64,000 bases of DNA from Squalus acanthias (GCA_030390025.1 JASTWF010000334.1:248001-312000); one strand, 5' to 3'. Shown: positions 24,567-36,223, counted from the stretch's first letter. Translations and numbers: made by a program. The notes: generated from the sequence alone by a model not told the origin.

Positions 24567-24705
24567 GTCGCAAACGAACACAGAATGAAAAAGTGAAGCA
24601 GTGATGTCACAAGCAGCGTGGAGGGTGCAGCCCGAAAATTACAGATAGATATTTATGAAGTGGATTTGGTAATTGATAATAAGTTCGTTTAAATATTTAC
24701 TTATA

Positions 24706-24990
24706 AAAATGGAAATTGCTGGAAATACTCAAGAGGTCAGGCAGCATCTGTGGGGAGAGAAACAGAGTTAACGTTTCAGGTCATTGACCTTTCATCAGAA
24801 CTGGCAAAGGTTCGAGATGTAACAGGTTTTAAGCAAGTCAAAGGAGAAGTTGTTCAATGTAAGAACAAGTTCAGCCAGGAGGAGGACTGTAGTGGTGGAT
24901 AGGGATTGATTGGGCCTCCATTCCAGGATGAAGGGCCCTCCTGGTAGGGAATGGAGGTGCAGAGGGACTGGTCATCCATGGTGAAAAGAA
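24706..24990 (-). mobile_element. Penelope-like remnant: hammerhead-bearing terminus plus RT fragment
   Basis: Minus strand CTGATGA a aggtca a tgacct GAAA cgttaac (24767-24801). LFTMDDQSLCTSIP resembles the Penelope RT motif D-V-x-S-L-(F/Y)-T-S-I-P. Confidence 0.75.
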
Positions 24991-26608
24991 CATTTTGGTG
25001 AAAATTTAGCATACTGTATTCGCTGCTGGTAATGATTTTGCTGTTGCCATTTATAGCTCCTCTAGAACCATTTTTTGTTTCTTTACTTGTCCTATTAGCA
25101 CTCCCTGGGTATGCCCTGTCCCACCAGCAGGACAGACCCACCAGATGTGGCGGCACAGTGGTATACAGTCAGGAGGGAGTGGCCCTGGGAGTTCTCAACA
25201 TTGACTTCGGACCCCATGAAGGCTCATGACATCAGGCCAAACATGAGCAAGGGAACCTCCTGCTGATTAACATCTACCACCCTCCCTCAGCTGCTGAATC
25301 AGTACTCCTCCATGTTGAACACCACTTGGAAGAAGCACGGAGGGTAGCAAGAACACAGAATTTACTCTGGGTGGGGAACTTCAATGTCCATCCCCAAGAG
25401 TGGCTCGGTAGCACCTATACTGACCAAGCTGGCTAAGTCCTGAAGGCCATAGCTGTCAAACTGGGCCTGCGGCAGGTGGTGAGAGAATCAACATGAGGGA
25501 AAAACCTACTTGACCTCATTCGCACCAATTTACGTGTCGCAGATGCATCTGTCCATGACAGTATTGGTAGGAGTGACCACCGCACAGTCCTTGTGGAGAC
25601 AAAGCCCCGTCTTCACACAGAGGACACCCTCTATCATATTATGTGGCACTACCACCATGGGATAGATTCAGAACAGAGCTAGCAGCTCCAAACAGGGCAT
25701 CCATGAGGTGCTGGGGTCATCAACAGCAGCAGAATAGTGTTTTAACGTCAATCTGTGGCCTCATGGCCCAGCATATCCCTCACTCTACCATTACCATCAA
25801 GCCAGACGACTGACTCTGGCTCAATGAGGAATGTAGAAAAGCATGCCAGGAGCAGCACCAGACGTACCTAAAAATAAAGTGCCAACAAGGTGAAGCTACA
25901 ACACAGGACTACATACATGCTAAACAGCAGGAAAAGCATGCTATAGATAGAGCTAAACAATCCCATAACGAACGGATCAACTCAAAGCTACACAGTTCTG
26001 CCACATCTAGTCATGAATGGTGGTGGACGATTAAACAACTAATGGGAGGAGGAGGCTCCATGTACATCCCCATCCTCAATCATGGCGGATCCCAGCATGC
26101 GAGTGCAAAAGACAAGGCTGAAGCGGATAATCCATAACGGCCTCTTCCTGAGCTCCCACCACCACAGAAGCTAGTCTTCAGCCAATTCGATTCACTCCAC
26201 GTGATTTCAAGAAATGGCTGAGCGCACTATATAAAGCAAAGGCTATGGGTCCCGACAACATCCCGGCTGTCGTGCTGAAGACTTGTGATCCAGAACAAGC
26301 CATGCCTCCAGCCAAGCTGTTCCAGTATAGCTGGCATCTACCCGACAAAGTGGAACATTGCCCAGGTATGTCCTGTCCACAAAAAGCAGGACAAATATAA
26401 TCCAGCCAATTATCGCCCCCATCAGTTTACTCTCAATCATCAGCAAAGTGATGGAAGGTGTCGTTGACAGTGCTATCAAGCAACACTTACCAATAACCTG
26501 CTCACCAATGCCCAGTTTTGCTTCCGCCAAGACCACTCGGTTCCAGACCTATTGCAGCTTTGGTCCAAACATGGACAAAAGAGCTGAACTCCAGAGGTGA
26601 GGTGAGAG

Positions 26609-29600
26609 TTTATTTTTATTCGTTCATGGGATGTGGGCGTCGCTGGCATTTATTGCTCATCCCTAATTGCCCTTGAGAAGGTGGTGGTGAGCCGTCTTCT
26701 TGAACCGCTGCAGTCCGTGTGGTGAAGGTACTCCCACAGTGCTGTTAGGGAGTTCCTAGATTTTGACCCCGCGACGATGAGGGAATGGCAATATATTTCC
26801 AAGTCAGGATGGTGTGTATCTTGGAGGAGAACTTGCAGGTAGTGGTGTTCCCATGCGCCTGCTGCCCTTGTCCTTCTAGGTGGTAGAGGTCGCGGGTTTG
26901 GGAAGTGTTGCTGAAGAAACTTTGTCGAATTGTTGCAGTGCATCTTGTAGATGGTCCACACTGCAGCCACAGTACGCCGGTGGTGGAGGGAGTGAATGTT
27001 TAAGGTGGTGGATGAGGTACCAATCAAGCGGGCTGCTTTGTCCTGGATGGTGTTGAGCTTCTTGAATGTTGTTGGAGCTGCACTCGTCCAGGCATGTTGA
27101 GAGTATTCCATCACACTCCTGACTTGTACCTTGTAAATGGTGGAAAGGCTTTGGGGAATAAGGAGGCCAGAGAATACCCTGCCTCTGACCTGCTCTTGTC
27201 GCCACAGTATTTATGCGGCTGGTCCAGTTATGTTTCTGGTCAATGGTTACCTCAAGGATGTTGATAGTGGGGGATTCGGCGATGGTAATGCCGTTGAATG
27301 TCATGGGGCGGTGGCTAGACTCGCTTGTTGGAGCTAATCATTGCCTGGCACATGTGTGGCGTGAATGTTACCTGCCACTTATCAGATCAAGCCTGAATGT
27401 CGTCCAGGCCTTGCAGCATGCAGGCACAAACTGCTTCATTATCTGAGGAGTTGTGAATGGCGCTGAACACTGTGCAATCATCAGCGACCATCCCCACTTC
27501 TGACCTTATGATGGAGGGAAGGTCATTGATGAAGCAGCTGAAGATGGTTAGGCCTAGGACACTGCCCTGAGGAACTCCTGCAGTGATGTCCTGGGGCTGA
27601 GATGATTGACCTCCAACTACCACAACCATCTTCCTTTGTGTTAGGTATAACTCCATCAAGTGGAGAGTTTTCCCCCTGATTCCCATTGACTTCAATTTTA
27701 CTAGGGCTCCTTGATGCCACACTCAGTCAAATGCTGCCTTGATGTCAAGGGCAATGACTCTCACCTCACCTCTGGAATTCAGCTCTTTTGTCCATGTTTG
27801 GACTAAATCTGTAATGAGATTGGGAGCCGAGTGGTCTTGGCGGAACCCAAACTGAGCATCGGTGAGAAGGTTATTACTGAGTAAGTGCCGCTTGATAGCA
27901 CTGTCGACGACACCATCTATCACTTTGCTGATGATTGAAAGTATGGGGCAGTAATTGGCTGGATTTGATTTGTCCTGCTGTTTATGGACAGGACATACCT
28001 GGGCAGTTTTCCACATTGTCGGGTGGATGCCAGTGTTGTAGCTGTACTGGAACAGCTTGGCTAGAGGCGCGACCAGTTCTGGAGCACAAGTCTTCAGCAC
28101 GACAGCGTTGATGTTGTCAGGGCCCATAGCCTTTGCTGTATCCAATGCGCTCAGCCGTTTCTTGATATCACACGGAGTGAATCAAATTGGCTGAAGACTG
28201 GCTTCTGTGATGGTGGGGACCTCGGGAGTAGGCCAATATGGATCATCCACTTGGCACTTCTGGCTGAAGATGGTTGCAAATACTTCAGCCTTGTCTTTTG
28301 TGCTCGCATGTTGGGCTCCGCCATCATTGAGGATGGGGATATTCATGGAGCCTCCTCCTCCCGTTAGATGTTTAACTCTCCACCACTATTCACGACTGGA
28401 TGTGGCAGGACTGCAGAGCTTTGATCTGATCTGTTGATTGTGGAATCGCATAGCTCTGCCTATAGCATGCTGCTTTCACTGTTTAGCATGCATCTAGTCT
28501 TGGGTTGCAGCTTCCCCAGGTTGGCACCTCATTTTTAGATACGCCTGGTGCTGCTCCTGGCATGCTCTTCTACACTCCTCTTTGAACCAGGGTTGGTCTC
28601 CTGGCTTGATGGTAATGGTAGAGTGAGGGATATGCTGGGCCATGAGGTGCCACACAACATGATGGAGGGTGTCCTCAGTGTGAAGATGGGACTTCATCTC
28701 CACAAGGACTGTGCAGTGGTCACTCCTACCAATGCTGTCATAGACAGGTGCATCTGTGACAGACAGATTGGTGAGGATGAGGTCAAGTACATTTTTCTCT
28801 CTTGTACACTGAAGTCCCCCACCCAGAGTACATTCTGTGCCCTTGCTACCCTCAGTGCTTCTTCCAAGTGATGTTCAACAGGGAGGATAACTGATTCATC
28901 AGCTGAGGGAGGGCGGTAGGTGGTAATCAGCAGGAGGTTTCCTTGCCCATGCTTGACCTGAAGCCATGAGCCTTCATGGGGTTTGGAGTCAATGTTGAGG
29001 ACTCCCAGGGCCACTCCCAACTGTATACCACTGTGCCGCCACCTCTGGTGGGTCTGTCCTGCCGGTGGGACAGGTCATACCCAGGGATGGTGATGGAGGA
29101 GTTTGGGACATTGGCTGAAAGGTATGATTCTGTGAGTATGACTATGTCAGGCTATTGCTTGACTAGTCTGTGGGACAGCTCTCCCAATTTTGGCACAAGT
29201 CCCCAGATTATCGACTGGGCTGGGTGTGCCATTTTCATGTCCTAATCTGGTGCCAGGTTGATGCCAGGTGGTCCGTCTGGTTTTATTCTTATTATTGCTT
29301 CTCGTAGCGGTTTGTTACAACTGAGTGGCATGCTTGGCCGTTTCAGCGGCAGTTAAGTCAACTACATTGCTGTGGGTCTGGAGTCACATATAGGACAGAC
29401 CAGGTAAGGACGGCAGATTTCCTTCCCTAAAGGACATTAGTAAACAATCCAATAGCTTCATGGTCATCATTACTGATACTAGCTTTTTATTCCAGATTTA
29501 TTTAATTAACTGAATTCAAATTCCCCAGCTGCCTTGGTGGGATTATGAACTCACGTCTCCGGTCATTAATCCAGGCCTCTGGATTACTAGTCCAGTAACA

Positions 29601-29620
29601 TAACCACTATGCTACCGTTC
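26609..29620 (-). mobile_element. Apparently full-length second-family LINE (~3 kb) with a tRNA-like 5' head and no ORF1
   Basis: 3' tail at 26609-26680, RT ORF pieces at 27387-28145, endonuclease start (NxxGLVPKLGELSHRL...PDIVILTESYL) near 29125-29210, and a SINE-like leader at 29270-29620. Confidence 0.88.
29535..29618 (-). promoter_or_regulatory. tRNA-derived Pol III internal promoter (A box, anticodon arm, degenerate B box)
   Basis: Minus strand: TAGCATAGTGG (A box), ctgga-CTAGTAA-tccag (5-bp stem, 7-nt loop, AGT anticodon), gagttcataatccc (B-box-like). Confidence 0.7.
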
Positions 29621-30794
29621 ATGATTGCCCTTGACATCAAGGCAGCATTTGACTGAGTGTGGCATCAAGGAGCCCTAGTAAAATTGAAATCAATTGAAAT
29701 CAGGGGGAAAACTCTCCACTTGATGGAGTCATACCTAGCACAAAGGAAGATGTTTGTGGTTGTTGGAGGTCAATCATCTCAGCCCCAGAACATCGCTGCA
29801 GGTGTTCCTCAGGGCAGGGTCTCAACCATCTTCAGCTGCATCATCAATGACCTTCCCCCCAACATAAGGTCAAAAGTGGGGATGTTCGCTGATGATTGCA
29901 CAGTGTTCAATTCCATTCGCAACTCCTCAGATAATGAAGCAGTCCATGCCCGCATGCTGCAAGACCTGGACGACATTCAGGCTTGGGCTGATAAGTGACA
30001 ATTAATATTGGTACCACACAAGTGACAGGCAATGACCATCTCCAACAAGAGTGAGTCTAACCACCGCCCCTTGACATTCAACGGCATTACCATCACCGAA
30101 TCCCCCACCATCAACATCCTGAGAGTCACCATTGATCAGCAACTTAACTGGACCAGCCACATAAATACTGTGCCTTCAAGTACAGTTCAGAGGCTGAGTA
30201 TTCTGCAGCGAGTGACTCACATCATGACTCCCCCAAACCTTTCCCCTAAACCTTTCCACCATCTACAAGGCACAAGTGAGGAGTGTGACAAAATAGTCAC
30301 CACTTGCCTGGATGAGTGCAGTTGCAACTACACTCAAGAAGCTGGACACCATCCAGGACAAAGCAACCCGCTTGATTTGCTCCCCATCCACCACCTTAAA
30401 CATTCACTCCCTCCACCACCGGCGCACCGTGGCTGCAGTGTGTACCATCTATACAATACACTGCAGCAACTCGCCGAGGCTTCTTTGGCAGAACCTCCAA
30501 AACCCGCAAACACTACCACCTAGAAGGACAAGGGCAGCAGGTACATGAGAACACCAAGACGTGCAAGTTCCTCTCCAAGTCACACACCATCCTGACTTGA
30601 AAATATATCTCCGTTCCTTCATTGTCGCTGGGTCATAATCCTGGAAATCTTTCCCTAACAGCACTATGGGAGCACACAGATGGCAGTGATTCAAGAAGGC
30701 AGCTCACCAGCACCTTCTCCACGGCAATTAGGGATGGCCAATAACTGCTGGCCTTGCCAGCGACGCCCACATCCTATGAACAATTAAAATAAAA

Positions 30795-31056
30795 GATAGA
30801 GGAACGTACACTGGGTGTAACACTGTAGACAGAGAAATGTACACTGGTTGTAACACTGCAGATAGAGGAACGTACACTGGGTGTAAAACTGTAGATAGAG
30901 GAACGTACACTGGGTGTAACACTGCAGATAGAGGAACGTACACTGGGTGTAACACTGCAGCTGGAGAAATGTACACTGGGTGTAACACTAGATAGAGGAA
31001 CGTACACTGGGTGTAACACTGCAGGTAGAGAAATGTACACTGGGTGTAACACTACA
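30795..31056. repeat. ~33-bp minisatellite, ~8 units
   Basis: Unit gatagaggaacgtacactgggtgtaacactgca with variants, starting right after the LINE A-rich tail. Confidence 0.92.
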
Positions 31057-31621
31057 GTTTCTCCCTCCACTCAATTGACCATCTCTGTGGATTCTGCAGT
31101 GATGAGGCTAAACTGAGACCTGTGTTATAATTGGCCCATATTTACTGAACTGATCCTGACATGTACTGAAGCCATACTCCGAATGGGCAGGACTCCTCTC
31201 TGTGTTTACACAACATTCCCAGAAAATTATTCAACCTTCTTGTATCCGGCGCTCACTTTACTGATGCACCAAAAGCCCCTCCCGCTTTTTCACAGGGTTT
31301 CAATTCCCAGATTTAAAATTATATAATCTGGACACAGAGAATCTAACTCCAGAAATCACAGCCTTTGCTCCAATCGTGTGAAGTCCGTGCAGTGGGGAAG
31401 GTGATTGTTTAGCCCTGGTGGTGAGGCCTTGCTGTCCACCCCACACTGGGAAACCCAGCCCAGGGTGAGCTCGCAATCTTCAGTCAGGAACTGTCCAAAC
31501 CCCACTGAATATTGTGAGGTTTCCAGATTTCAGTGAGACACACACTGACTGAGTGCACACGGCAACACAACAGGAAGTGCATCACTTTATTTACAAGGTG
31601 AACTCATAGTATCATAAGTTT

Positions 31622-34600
31622 TAGGTTAGCTATGGAAAAGGACAAAGAGCAATCTAGAGTCAAAATATTTAACTGGAGGAGAGCCAATTTCAGTGGGTTG
31701 AGAACAGAGCTGGCCCGGGTAAATTGGAATCAAAGATTGGCAGGCAAAACTGTAAATCGAACAATGGGCTGCCTTTAAAGAGGAGATGATTCAGGTACAG
31801 TCAAGGTATATTCCCACGAGGGGGAAAGGTAGGGCAACCAAAGCCCTGGATGATGAAAGAGAGAGAAAGTAAGATAAAGCGGAAAAAAGGGGCATATGAC
31901 CGATGTTTGGTTGAGAATACAAGTGAGAACCAGGCTGAATACAGAAAGTTCAGAGGGGAAATGAAAAAGGAAATAAGAGGGGAAAAGAAGGAGTATGAGA
32001 ATAGACTGGCAACTAACATAAAAAGAAATCCAAAAGTTTTCTATAGGCACATAAATAGTAAACGGGTAGTAAGAGGAGGGGTGGGGCTGATTAGGGACCA
32101 AAAAGGAGACCTACGCATGGAGGCAGAGGGTATGGCTGAGGTACTTTGCATCTGTCTTCACCAAGGAAGAAGACACTGCCAAAGTCACAGTGAAAGAGGA
32201 GGTAGTTGAGATATTGGATGGGATAAAAATTGATAAAGAGGAGGTGCTAGAAAAGCTGGCTACACTTAAAGAAGTAGATAAGTCACCAGGACCGGATGAG
32301 ATGCTTCCTCGGATGCTGAGGGAAGTAAAGTTGGGAATTGCAGAGGTACTGGCCATAATCTTCCAATCCTCCTTGGACACGGGGGTGGTGCCAGAGAGCT
32401 GGAGAATTGTAAATGTTACACCCTTGTTCAAAACAAGGTGTAAATATAAACCCAGCAACTACAGGCCAGTCAGTTTAACCTCAGTGGTGGGGAAGCTTTT
32501 AGAAACAATAATCCGGGACAAAATTAACAGTCACTTGGACAAGTGTGGATTAATTAAGGAAAGCCAGCATGGATTTGTTAAAGGCAAATCGTGTTTAACC
32601 AACTTGATTGAATTTTTTGATGAGGTAACAGAGAGGCTTGATGGGGCCAATGCGTTTGATGTGGTGTACATGGACTTCCAAAGGCATTTGATAAAGTGCC
32701 ACATAATAGGCTGGCCAGCAAAGTTAAAGCCCATGGAATAACAGGGACAGTGGAACCTTGGATATGAAATTGGCTAAGTGACAGAAAACAGATAGTAGTT
32801 CTGAATGGTTGTTTTTCAGACTGGAGGAAGGTATACAGTGGTGTTCCCCAGGGATTGGTACGAGGACCACTGCTTTTCTTGATATATATTAATGATTGGG
32901 ACTTAGTTGTACAGGGCACTATTTCAAAATTTGCAGATGACACAAAACTTGGAACTGTAGTGAACAATGAGCAGGATAGGGATAGACTTCAAGAGGACAT
33001 AGACAGGCTGGTGGAATGGGCGGACACGTGGCAGATGAAGTTTAATGCAGAAAAGTGTGAAGTGATACATTCTGGAAGGAAGAACGAGGAGAGGCATTAT
33101 AAACTAAAGGATACAATTCTAAAGGAGGTGCATGAACAGAGAGACCGGTGGGTATATGTGCACAAATCGTTGAAGGTGGCAGGACAGGTTGAGAAAGCGG
33201 TTAAAAAAACAGAGGGGATCCTGGGCTTTATAAATAGAGGCAATGGGCTGGATTTTCTCAATGGAGACGAGTTGGAGGTGGGACTGCTGCTTATCGGGTC
33301 AGTGTCCCACCTCCATCATCTTCTGACCAACCAGAGGGATTTTCCCCTGATTGACCTTGTTAAGCCTGCCCTGCGGGCTCAGCAGGCCAATTAGGGAGGA
33401 AGTCACTGACAGAGCACGTCAACGTCTGACGTGCTATCTGTCAAGACTTCTTGAAAGAAGAAATGTTAGCGTTTGACAGCTCTGTGAAGCTGTCAAACAC
33501 TGACATTCTCTGTAGTTTGATGAGTCCTTGTGTTCAGGACTCATCAAACCTTTCAACTTTGTCGATTTCAGATGGCTGTTGGGTCGGAGGATCCAACAGC
33601 CAGTCTGTGAAATCGACAAGGAAGATGTCTGGTCTCCCGATCCAGGGTGGATGAAGGCTGTAGGAAGAAAACAAGGTAAGTGAAGATTTTTTGACACTTA
33701 ACACTCACCTTACATACTTACCACTCCACACTTGCACCCATCACTCACCTCTACATCTTACTTCCAGGTGCCTCCGACCCCCGCAGATCTCCTTCACGTC
33801 TCCTCCAACCCGGCGGGGTTCTCCGAGGTCGGGAAGCCTTCACCTGAGAAGGCAAAATGGCACTAATCCTTTTTTCTGCCTGATAACTACCTGTTAACAG
33901 GCCGTTAAAAGTATTTAATGCCTTTCCCGCCTCCAGGAGACGGGGCCTGAAGTAGCACATCTCCCTGCCTCCTGACAAAAGGGCACGGAGGCAGGATGGG
34001 GGCGGGTTTGCCATCCGCCCGACTTTCTGCTACTTTACTGGCAGTCCCGCCTCCATGCCCACCTCCTCGAGGCTGAGAAAATCCAGCCCATAGAGTCCAA
34101 AAGCAAGGAAGTCCTGATGAACCTGTATAAAACACTGGTTTGGCCTCAACTGGAGTATTGTTTACCCAATTCTGGGCACCGCACTTTAGGAAGGATGCAG
34201 AAAAGATCTACAAGAATGGTTCCAGGGATGAGAGACTTCAGCTACGTGGATAGACTGGAGAAACTGGGGTTGTTCTCCTTGAGAGCAGAGAAGATTGAGA
34301 GGAGATTTGATAGAGGTGTTCAAAATCATGAGGGGTCAGGACAGAGTCGATAGAGAGAAACTGTTCCCATTGGCGGAAGGGTCAAGAACCAGGGGACACA
34401 GTTTTAAGTGATTGGCAGAAGGTCCAAAGGTGACATGAGGAAAAACCTTTTTATGCAGCGAGTGGTTGGGATCTGGAATGCGCTGCCTGAAAGGGTGGTG
34501 GAGGCAGATTCAATCATGGCTTTCAAAAGGGAATTAGATAAGTACCTGAAAGAAAAAAATTGCAGGGCTGCGGAGAAAGGGCGGGGGAGTGGGACTAGCT

Positions 34601-34670
34601 GAAGTACTCTTGCAGAGAGCCAGCAGGGCCTACTGTGCTGTAACCATTCTATGATTGTATGAATCTATGA
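31622..34670 (+). mobile_element. CR1 LINE ORF2 remnant, split by element B at 33245-34089
   Basis: KSPGPD, NYRPVSLTS, YMDFQ and KFADDTKL motifs; resumes atagagtccaaaagc at 34090; ttctatga tail. Confidence 0.92.
33245..34089. mobile_element. Non-autonomous Harbinger-type element B, intact (845 bp)
   Basis: Perfect TIRs gggctggattttctca / tgagaaaatccagccc. Interrupts the CR1 at ggca|tagag. Confidence 0.88.
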
Positions 34671-34796
34671 TCAAAAGACAGGGAAAATTAATGGATCACA
34701 GACACTGACTCCCATAGAGAAAGGATGAAACAATTAAACAAATATCTGCCTGATTCGCTGAGGAGTAAATGTTGGATTCAATTTTTCTATTTCCAG

Positions 34797-34870
34797 GTGC
34801 TGTAGGTGAATGGAGTAATGCGCCCTGTGGTATACAATATCCTTTCGTTTGCTCCTACAAACTGGGCTGA
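34797..34870 (+). CDS. C-type lectin, terminal coding exon
   Basis: Acceptor atttttctatttccag|, phase 1 matching the previous exon. Translates (G)AVGEWSNAPCGIQYPFVCSYKLG*, giving the W-x-x-x-x-C...F-V-C CTLD end. Confidence 0.93.
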
Positions 34871-34990
34871 AGTTAGAAGAATCTGCCGATGCTCCACGGA
34901 TCCTTTCCAGGAGTGGATTCAGTGCCTCGATTTGTTTGTAGCCGCAGTCACTGCCTGTGGTGACTGTACTGACTTAGTCTCTCAGCCAAT

Positions 34991-34996
34991 AATAAA
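34991..34996 (+). terminator. Polyadenylation signal of the lectin gene
   Basis: AATAAA 120 nt after the stop codon, followed ~20 nt later by GT-rich tgtgtgtttgatgctgtgtg. Confidence 0.75.
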
Positions 34997-35274
34997 TGTA
35001 ATTGCATCTTGAGCTGTGTGTTTGATGCTGTGTGAGTCTAGTTTATAGCAGCCTTCCTGTCCCACTGTAGCTTCCGACCCACCTCTTCACTCAATACTGC
35101 ATCGGGGAGAAGGCGGCACAGACTTTGTAAAATTAACTTTCAATATCTGTGCCTTTTTGTTTTAAGAAGACAAACTTTAAAAGGAGGAGATGAACTGAAA
35201 GAAATGAACTGGGAAATATTACTGAAAGGAATCTGTGAAAGGAAATTGGATCTGATTTAAACCTGCACTAATGT

Positions 35275-35750
35275 AAGAACATAAGAAATAGGAGCAGGAG
35301 TAGGCCATTCGGCCCTTCGAGCCTGCTCCGCCATTCAATGAGATCATGGCTGATCTTCTGCCTCAACTCCATTCACCGGCCCTATCGCCATATCCCTTGA
35401 TGCCCTTACTAGTCAGAAATCTATCGACTTCTGTTTTGAATATACCCAATGACTGAGCCTCCATAGCCCTCTGGAGTAGAGAATTCCAAAGATTCACCAC
35501 CCTCTGTGTGAAGAAATTTCTTCTCATCTCAGTCCTGAATGGCCTACCCTTTATCCTGAGGCTGTGGCTCCTGGTTCTGGACTCCCCAGCCAATGGAAAC
35601 ATTCTTCCAGTATCCACCCTATCAAGCCCTGTAATAATTTTGTATGCTTCAATGAGATCCCCTCCCATTCTTCTGAATTCAAGAGAATACAGGCCTAGTT
35701 TACTCAATCTCTTCTCATACGACAGTCCCGCTATCCCAGGAATCAATCCT
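35275..35750 (-). mobile_element. CR1 3' fragment
   Basis: GLYSLEFRRMGGDLIEAYK...RNFFTQRVVNLWNSL; taagaaca tail. Confidence 0.92.
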
Positions 35751-36127
35751 GTAGATTGTGGAAGATAAATATTTACTCCCAAAAATAACCGTAAACTAAA
35801 CAAAGTCCCAGAATGAGTCAAAGGCGCAATGAAAATAGGAATAAGAAATATCAACCAACAGTACAGGACTGCAGGGAAAAGGGAGCCCTGGGAGTAGAGG
35901 AATTTACTAAAACAGATTAAAAAGATATTAGAGGGAAAAAGAGATACAGCAAAAGATGTTAAGAATAACACATTCTTTCTGTGTTATCCACGTTGAGAAT
36001 ATATTCAAAGTCTTCCATGTAAACATACTTCCTGTAAGTATTACTCTTGCTTCCTGTCACACAATTCCTGTCACACTTCAATCTTCCTATTTATTACACT
36101 GAGCCGTGATTCAGTTTTCTGAGCTGA

Positions 36128-36223
36128 CAACTAGGTGGCGCTGCAGTATTCATGATACTTATTGCTGATTGGCTGAATGGGTCACGTGATCAACTCCAGC
36201 CTGGTGCTCCCAGTTCCCGGGAA
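36128..36223. promoter_or_regulatory. Cluster of CTCF-like, CCAAT, USF E-box and STAT-like motifs
   Basis: caactaggtggcgct (36128-36142), ctgattgg (36165-36172), gtcacgtga (36181-36189) and ttcccgggaa (36214-36223) in apparently unique sequence. Motif match only. Confidence 0.4.

Larger units (their letters stand above)
25100..30793 (+). mobile_element. Second-family LINE copy, split into 25100-26608 and 29621-30793
   Basis: gaggtgaggtgagagt (26608) resumes as atgattgcccttgacatcaagg (29621). Same 3' end as the copy ending at 23355. Confidence 0.9.

Noticed and set aside
23780..24610. Five overlapping 226-276 aa ORFs
   Set aside because: The 60-bp unit is a multiple of 3 and stop-free in most frames, so these are minisatellite artefacts with no splice or homology support.
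29535..29618. Functional tRNA-Thr gene
   Set aside because: The anticodon arm and A box are present, but the variable region is too long, the B box is disrupted and there is no clear acceptor stem. It is a retroposon head.
33516..33549. tgatgagtcc...ggac as a hammerhead ribozyme
   Set aside because: It reads TTGATGA rather than CTGATGA and has no GAAA after the stem; it is a simple palindrome.
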